Source: Octopus vulgaris
Taxonomy: Eukaryota
Direction of reading: 5' to 3'
Assembly: GCA_951406725.2 (NCBI GenBank)
Contig: OX597840.1
Span: 22,878,001-22,942,000, forward strand
DNA length: 64,000 nt
The position numbers and the translations under genes are program-made. The notes below the pieces were generated by a model. That model was not told the DNA's origin, searched no databases, and saw only the letters and a list, made by a program, of their open reading frames with translations. This document shows positions 55,890-64,000 of this stretch, piece by piece. Every line of letters starts with the position of its first letter. Within the stretch, counting starts at the first letter, position 1.

Positions 55890-58800
55890 TTAAGCTGGGT
55901 TTCTGACACCCACCTTTTTTTCCACTTCCTTCCATCTTTTCTCATACACACCCCGTGGTAAGATCCTCTTTTCCAGCCCCATTTTGCTCTTCAGATGATA
56001 TCTGAAGTAAGTGAGCAAGCCGGGGCCCGAGACAAAGGATCCTATCGCGACTCCTTCCATTCTTGTACGCCACATGCATTCTTTTACTACTGCAACCGTG
56101 CAGTGAAAACATGCCTCACCTTCCTTCGAGAGTCCAGTTGGCGGTATCATCTTAATCATAGACTCAGCCGACAGCTGTACTCGTCCCAGATGCGATAACA
56201 TGTGTTCTGCGTAACTTATCAAGTCGGACAACTTCCGACAGTGTACAAAAGCGTGCTGGACGGTTTCATCGTCCAACTCGCACCTTGGACACGTCGGTGG
56301 CACTGAAATTCCGTGCCGCGATAACTTCTCGCGAACAGGTAAAGCATTCCTATAGCACTGCCAGGTCAGGGATCTTTGGAAATTATCCAAATACCCCGTC
56401 CTGAAAGTCTTTTTAAACAGGTTGATAAGCTGGTCTTCGTCAAACCCCAGAGCCCCTCCTAGGACGTCGTCGTTCTTTGCCTCTACCAGCCTTCTATAAA
56501 ATACCGAGGTGGTATTTCCGCAGCCGGCCTTGCCCGTCTTGTGGATCAGCGTGAGTGCCTGTCGGCACTCCTTTTGCCATAAAGTCAGTTTCCATCTTTT
56601 GATGCGACCGGGTTTAAAATTCACTAAGGAGGCCGGTCTCGGGAAAAATTCCCCTGCCAGCGGACTCCACACCTTATCACCCTCCAGGTGGTGCCAGAGA
56701 TGCTTCAGCCTCAACGCATGTCTGCGCATCATCAACCAAGGCATTCCTAACCCACCCTTTAACGGTTCCTGGCAGCAAACGGAGCGCCTCACAAGTGGCT
56801 TTCCTCCCTTCCACAAAAAGCGGAAAAGGATTCGCTCCAACTTGCTAAGCCATGAATCGGGGCAAGGGACAACGGTCAGGCCTTAAGTGATTACAGATGC
56901 AATGAACATCTGTAACACCTCCGCCCTTCCTTTCAAGGACAGAAACCTTCCGGACCAGGTCCGTACTATGGCCTCCACCTTGCTCGTCACCTCACTCCAG
57001 TTCCTCTCCGTTTGGGAGTCTGGCCCAAACCAAACTCCTAGCAACTTAACAGGGCCATCCGTCCAGTGTCCCACGACACTGGACGATATCGACTTGCTCC
57101 TCCAGGTGCCGAGGCGCAATTCAACCGACTTGTCCTTGTTAACCTTTGCTCCTGCCACCGCCTCGTCTCTTCTGATAGCCTCTTCCACACAAGGTAGCTG
57201 GGCCTCATTGGACACGAATAGGGTGACGTCATCCGCATAAGCAGTAACCGTCCTCCCACCTCCGATCTCATCCGAGATACTTCCCAGCCTCTCCAACTTT
57301 CGCAGCAATGGCTCAAGAGCCAACACGTACAAAAGTGGTGACAAGGGGCACCCTTGACGAACTGAACATTCGATCGAAAACGGTTCCGTTAGGTAACCGT
57401 TTATCTGGACGGTGGACTTGATGCCGCTATACATAGCGGAGATCCACCCGCGAAATTCAGGGCCCAGTCCAGCCGCTTCGAGGACCGTCGCCAGGTACTC
57501 ATGGTCTACCCTATAGAACGCTTTACTTTGGTCTAAATGGACCATTACCCCGCCCTTGCCGGTTAATTTACCCACCCTATCTAAGGTGTAGCGTATAAGG
57601 TGAAGATTGTCCTGGATCGACCTGCCTGGAATTGCACGTCTGTGCTCTCCCTACAAGTTTCTCCACGACAACCGTCAACCTTTTTGCCAACACCTTGGCC
57701 AAAATCTTTAACTCTACATTAAGTAGAGTTATGGGCCTGTAGTTACTAATGTTATCCCCCTTGCTCGGGTCTTTCTGGATTAGCGTCACCACTCCCCGGC
57801 TTACAGAACTGGGAATTCTCCCATTCTGCTGCCAGTTCGTGTAGACGCCTGCCAATATTCTCCCGAACAAGTCCGGCATACTTTGGTAAAACTCGTAGGG
57901 CAGACCATCCAACCCCGGCGACTTCTCCCCGGCGCATCCGGCCAGTATCCCCTCTATCTCCGCGGGAGTGATCGCTTCTTCACAGCACTCCACCTCACGC
58001 CCCGAGAGCCGCGGCCCGCCGGCCAGGAAGTCCTTTAAGGTCCTCCCCCGCTCCGGCGCCACACCACCCCCGAACACGCGGGCGAAATGCTGGTGAAGAA
58101 ACTTTTGCATCTCCTCCTGTCCATAGATCTTTTGTCCCTGTTCGTCAGTTAAAGACTTGATTGAGGCTTTGTTACCTCTCTGACTCTCCACTCGACGGGC
58201 CCATCCGGCAACGTTAATACCTTCTCGTTTCCCAGCGCGTAGCTTAGCTCTGACTCTGCAACCTTCGTGTTTGGAGTTAAGGTGACGGTACAATACCGTC
58301 CTTGCCGCCATCACTCCGGATGCAGAGCCAGCTTCCATTGCCTCGTTTAGATTCTTAACTAAATCGTCCTCTATCCTAGACCTATCTAACCTTAGCTGAT
58401 TGCTAAATCTAATGGACTCTGAACGAATGGCTCTTTTGAGGGAGTGCCACCATCTATTGTTAATGATGGTGCCACACAATGCCCTCTGTACTAACACCTT
58501 AATCCGGGTACGGAAGTCTTCACAATTCAAAATAGCCTTGTTCAGCTTCCAGTACCCGGGTCCCTGTCTATGACACTTGTCTAATTGCATCCTACACGTC
58601 ACAAATTTGTGATCCGTGTAAGGCACAATGTGAAACTGTGGACAACTAAACGTATCCTTATCTCTTTTCTTAATAAATATCCTATCTAAATACGATCTGT
58701 GTGAGCCGTCGTTGTTACTCCACGTCCACTGTGGAACGCTCGGCTCATCCAGTCGGTAACGGTCCACTAGATCAAAGCTCTCTAGTAGACCCTTGAGGCT

Positions 58801-59278
58801 AGGGTTCCCCCTTCCTATTGGTTGAGCCAACACTGTCGACCCGCGCTTCAAGGACAGTGTTAAAGTCCCCTACTAAGACTACCGTTTTCGACGTCGCTAA
58901 AAAGGGCTCCAGGTTCCGAAAAAAACCCGTCTGTCTACCCTCGTTCGGAGCGTAGACAGCTACCAACCTGAAGGACTGTTTACTTACGTGGGTCACATCC
59001 AGAACAACCAGCCTGCCTTCTGGGTCCAGAAAGACAGTACTTACCTGCAAGTCCAAGCTCTTCCTGATAAGGACTGCCACGCCTCTGCCTCTTCCTCGGC
59101 TAGGAGAAATAAATTTCTCGAACCCATTTAGAAGAGGCGAGAACGCTTGGGCCTCGTTCATCTTGGATTCGGTTGCAATAGCTATGTCCACTCCATGTGT
59201 CGTGAGGTCGTTCAGGAAACAAATTTGTTTCCATTTCGTCCCCATTCCACGTACATTCACACAACCCAGCTTAGCCAT
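55890..59278 (-). pseudogene. LINE A2 ORF2 (APE-RT) with frameshifts near 58810 and 57635 and a stop at 56883
   Basis: Same motifs as A1 ORF2, split across four ORF fragments. Confidence 0.92.
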
Positions 59279-59305
59279 TGTCGGTGAGAGAAAAAATAAA
59301 TGAAC

Positions 59306-60742
59306 TTACGGTTGAGAAAGAGAGCATGACAGTTTAAATCTGCCCGCTTCCCCTTCTTCCTCCCTTGTGGTCGTAGCTGCAGGGCTCTTAACCGGCGTTG
59401 CCACCGGGCTCTGGGTAGGTGTGGTTGCCGGGGTTATAACAAGTTTACCCTCCAGTACTTCTTTTGTTACGTCTCTTATCAGTCTATTCTTTAGATGTTC
59501 TTGTAGTATTTCCTCCTTCCACTCGTCTTCCTTTATTTTTGCGAAGCGAGTGGTTGCTTTTATGTCTGTAGCCTTGCTAAATAGTTTAAATTTTGAAAAT
59601 TTAAAGTATTTATATACCCTCTCGTTTTTTTCATCAAATGCAATGATCTTATCATTTTTTTTTAAAGACTTTTTCACATCTTGTTTTATGGGGAGGGGCT
59701 TGGCGAACTGTTTTCCAATGAATACAGTGCCGTGGGGGTAGGGCTGGGGAATTTGCTTTGTATGTATGTCTGCGGTGCTTGCTGATTTTTTCCTTGTTTA
59801 GGGAGGGGAGTCCAGGGTGTTATCTTTTTTTCTTTTGTGTGTCACCTGTGAGTAATCCATTTGTTCGATACAATCCTCCGTTTCTGTTTCTTTGCTTGTC
59901 GTCGTCTTGTTTTCTTTTTCCGCCTTCTCCCCTTCAGTGTTTGAAGCACTTTGAGGAGGGGCTTCGTTGGTTTTCTTTTTTTTTAAGCAGTTCGAGCGGA
60001 CGTGACCCTTCTCGCCACATTTAAAGCACCTAGGTCTGCGCCCCTCCACTGACAATCTCATGGACGTTCCATCCTCATTAAATATCCTATCGGGCAGGTT
60101 CTCCAATATCTTGTTTTCTGCCTGAACGAGGAGTTCCAGCGTCTGTCCCTTCCAGCGTACCTCCTCTTTCCTTCTCATCTGCAGAATCGAAACTTCCCGC
60201 TCTACATTGTGCAGGACCGCCGCTGCTACCCACATTATATCATACCCTCTCGGTATGTCCTCTACCAGCAGTTTAGCTGTTCTTTTTCCCATATACGAGG
60301 GTAGCAACATGATATCATCATTTTTCAGGGTCATTGATGACACCTCTCTTGCTACCTCAGCCGAGTCAAAATGTGCTTCAACAGTAGCGCTGCGAGCACC
60401 TCGAACGACATGGCGAATTTTGTCCCACACCGGGGACAAGCACTTTTCGACTATCTCGTTTCTAACGTCCATAATTTTTTTTTCTTTGTAGCTATACACT
60501 TTGTATATAACTGTCTTTTCCTTTATTTCTTGTACCTTCGCTTGCGGCGGTACAAGTTTGATTTCGTTTCCTTCCATTTTCACCAAGTTCCTAAATTCGA
60601 ACAGTTGTTCGATCTTGAATTCAACGTCCATCATGGTTCCGCCTACCGCGGCCGAAAAAGACTGTTTTTTTACTTCAGTGTCCTTTAATTCACTTGTTCC
60701 CATCGCGGGAAAATCATTCTTCGACGCCAAGTCGAAATCCAT
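59306..60742 (-). pseudogene. LINE A2 ORF1, 478 codons interrupted by one in-frame TAA at 59798
   Basis: ORFs 59798..60742 and 59306..59677 are in the same frame; CCHC knuckle CFKCGEKGHVRSNC. Confidence 0.87.
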
Positions 60743-60978
60743 TTCTCAAAAATGTTTCAAAAATTACCTCGAAGGTAATAACAATTTTAAACAGAATTTT
60801 CTGCCCCGTAGGGCGAAAATTACCGTTACACAACGGGCACTGTTAACACAAACAACGATGAGCAAAAAATCGAACTCTCTCAAAAAAAGGCAGCATATTT
60901 CTCAAAACGCAGATGAAAGTCAACAAGGGGAACTAACTCTTGTCTTGAAATTTTAACGGCTTTACTGATATATATTTG

Positions 60979-62150
60979 AGTAGCAGTATAACCCGGCGTT
61001 GCTCGGTATTAAATTCGGATCATTAAGAGATGAAGTGAGTTATTTCAAACTAAAATAAGTGACAAGGACATCACATTCGTGCGAAATCTGCTGAAATTGG
61101 GATCGCAGGGAATTTGATTGGGAAATACCATAAGGAATCAGTTTATCGATTATTTCTACTCATCGCTTTTTTGGAGAACTTAAAGCATTCAAAGATCCCA
61201 TGAGTCCTAAGTAATGCTGGCATCGAGTTTGAGCAAAATATGTCAAAATTGGTAAAAGTTATGGCTGAAAATGGGGTGTAGCCAATTTTAGCAGAAACCC
61301 TATAAGGAAATAGTTTATCAATTATTTATCCTCATTGAATTGAAAACCCCAAATCGATGGTTTTTGGCCTTGGGATTTATTGATGGAGATGGTGAAGCAT
61401 GGTCTCACCGGACATTGCAATCTGCAGAACTTCACCGGCATGTATGACCGTGGGGGATAAAGCTGCATCGTTGAAATGAAAACATTTTCACCCCTCCTGC
61501 ACCCTGTTACAATGGTGGCCTCAATCAAGTGGGGCGTCAGGGACTTGATTACTAAGCGGGTCCTGTGGCACTGTTTAGGTGGAATTAAGTTTCTGATTAG
61601 CCTAATTGGGCATCCAACCCTTAGCCTAACGATGTGAGGTGGAAGCTCTTCTGGCTCCAATGAGTTGAGAAACTTGTTAGGGTAAATGACAATGCCTTGG
61701 GGGTCAGACGTCAGGTCAATTGATTTGTAGATGTACTCCTCACCCGGAATTCGTCATATGAGCTGGTCATTGATAGCACTGACACCTACGTTTTGTGGGG
61801 CCAGGATGGTTCTTTCACCGAGCCAATTGATGTCTGCATAATTACTTTCCAGATTGGGGAACACTGTTTCCAAAAAAACCAGAAGGGTTGTTCACGGAGT
61901 TGCACAGATCATAGATTGATATGTCGCCCCTATCATTCCTAGGGACCTTGTCTTCTCCAAGGGCTAAAATTTCTTCAGCAAATGCAGCAGACATTCTATC
62001 ACCAAGCAAGTGCGCATGCATGTTTGTGCTTAGGCTTAAGGTCTTAGCCTGGGGCCACAACATGGATGACTTAAGGCATTCGTGCACTTCATCAGCCCTG
62101 CTCCCTTTAGGAATGACAGGAAGGATTTGCACACTTTTTTCTGAGTCTTT
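60979..62150 (-). mobile_element. Helitron 3' remnant, duplicate of 27370..28533
   Basis: Same helicase motifs and terminal hairpin in reverse orientation. Confidence 0.85.
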
Positions 62151-63230
62151 TCTTCCTCTTCCCACCTCACTCCTAACCTTATCGTCTTTTCTTTCTTTTT
62201 AGCCAATTTCATGTGATTTTTCTGAAAGAATAGAAAAAATAATATAAGACATAGAATATGTTTAAAAGGTAGATATTCAAAAGTGCAAATTTATAACACT
62301 TCTATTTTGCTAAATTGTAGAAGTATTAAACTTATCCAATCTCATCATTTTTGAGAAGTTTCTATCATAGAGTGGACACATGTATTATAATAACAACTCC
62401 TAGACACACCAATGAAGCAGGAAAATCTGTGACAATGTATTAATGTGAACACAAAGAGTGGTAGAACCAACTGCAGTACAGAAAAGGACATTATATGAAT
62501 TTCATTGTGAACCCCCGGGGATGTCATGACTGTAAGCTTTGATGGGGAGTCATGTGTATTGGCCAGCAATGGACCGGGACATTCAAAATTTGGTAAAAAT
62601 CATGTAGAGATTGTGCATTAGCAGCCAAGGCACCACCAGAGAAATACCAATTGTGGTCTGAGACTATGAGTTTGTGGTCCTGGGTACATATAGACTATGC
62701 TTGAGCTACTTGATCATGATTGATAGCCTTACAAAGTGGTTGGAAGGATGTAGGTGCAGTCAACCTACCTTGAAGGCAACTATAACGTTCCTGCACAAAT
62801 TCTTTTGCTCAGTACGGTGTTTGGATCTTTTCCTTTTGAACGGTAGACAATTTCTAGTTAACTAAACACTTTCAAACTTCATATACTGGTAGAATGTGTC
62901 AAAATAAAACATTTTTAGGAAATAGGAAATAACCAAAAGTGCAATGAAATGTCTAAAAGAAAACAAACAGAATGAAAGTATTAAAATAACAGCCTGGATC
63001 TTTTCGGTTTGAACGGCAGTTTTTAACATAATTTCTAGGTAACTAAAAAATTTTAAACTTCGTATACTGGTAAAATATGTTTATAGAATATTTTTTTCTC
63101 TTGGCTTTGTTGAGAAAATTCTGTACTTTGAAAGATATTTGTTGTTGTATTTTTCTGCAATTTCAGCCAATCATTGACGTCTATTGAGGTAGAAAACATT
63201 CTGTGCCGTATGAATGTGTCCCTCGTTTAA

Positions 63231-64000
63231 CCCTTTCGTTACCAAACCGCCCAAAGCCGCCCGAATTTACCTATTCATATTTAAATGAGAATATCAGAGC
63301 AAATCTCTTCAGTACATTCGTGAAAACACGTATTATACTTCGTAAACAGTTCAACTGCAGTTTTGTACAATAATCGAAGTGTAATTTTAATTCCGTGAAT
63401 TTTGGGAGATTTTTTTCCGAAATTTGTTCCTATTGTGTTTTCAAAATTTGTAATTCTGACAAAAAATGGATACGAATTTCATTATATCAAGCAGCGAGTC
63501 AGAATTCGAAGGATTTTCTACTGAAGACCTTCATAAATCTAACTCTATGACTGAAAAAAAAAGCACATGGTATTTGATAATGAATTTGATGTTTCATTTT
63601 CCGAAAGTGAAAACAGTGAATCTGAGATCTCCGATAGCGATAAAGAAAACGAATTGGCACCTGAATGGAGTGAAAATTTAAAAACTGTTTCTTTCGGTGA
63701 TTTTTCTGCAGAAACTGGACCAAGCCACAGACTTTCCCAGAAGGGTAAAAAAAGCCTTAGGCTATTTCTATTTACTTTTTCGAATGAGCCTATTTGAAAT
63801 CATTACAGCGAAAACGAACCGTTACGCTAAACGTAAACAAAACGAAAGAAAGGATAGTTTGTTATTTCCCACAACCTTAAATGAAATTAAGACTATTTTG
63901 CCATAAATATTATTATGGGTATCAGAAAGTTACCCAGAATAACAAATTCTATCGTAAAATTTTGTTGTATACCCAATTGAATATTAGCTAATATTTTCTA
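63231..64000 (+). mobile_element. piggyBac-like element, 5' part with degenerate transposase
   Basis: TTAA|CCCTT terminus inside a MITE; acidic N-terminus, then FEIITAKTNRYA..PTTLNEIK..IIMGI fragments typical of piggyBac transposases. Confidence 0.78.

Larger units (their letters stand above)
55633..60920 (-). mobile_element. Tx1/L1-clade non-LTR retrotransposon, near full length, inactivated (copy A2)
   Basis: Highly similar to A1 in reverse orientation; flanked by GAGTTAGTTCCC at 60925-60939 and 55619-55632. Confidence 0.93.
53165..62195. repeat. Segmental duplication, inverted copy of ~27320-34640
   Basis: Helitron remnant + LINE + ZNF leader in mirror order; element B present only here. 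Confidence 0.9.

Overview
AT-rich animal genomic DNA; the SINE types and the tandem single-coding-exon, KRAB-less C2H2 genes point to an octopus or another coleoid cephalopod (inference). The window is a C2H2 zinc-finger gene cluster: six open ZNF ORFs, one frameshifted pseudogene and several deletion remnants, built by direct and inverted segmental duplications and studded with SINEs, MITEs (Merlin-like, Tc1/mariner-like, hAT), and Helitron, piggyBac, CR1 and RTE fragments. The main discovery candidate is a sequence-specific retrotransposon system. Two near-full-length Tx1/L1-clade LINEs and a distinct ORF1-only non-autonomous element all sit in, and duplicate, one short motif, GAGTTAGTTCCC(C/T)TT. 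The same motif heads the putative non-coding first exon of the ZNF genes, and empty copies are visible at 7501 and 13383. A tRNA-derived SINE shares the 3' tail of the ORF1-only element. A second lead is a shared amber stop (HTG-TAG) followed by an intact in-frame finger in several ZNF genes, a candidate for A-to-I editing readthrough. Coordinates and identities were read by eye, so boundaries are approximate unless a TSD or TIR is quoted.
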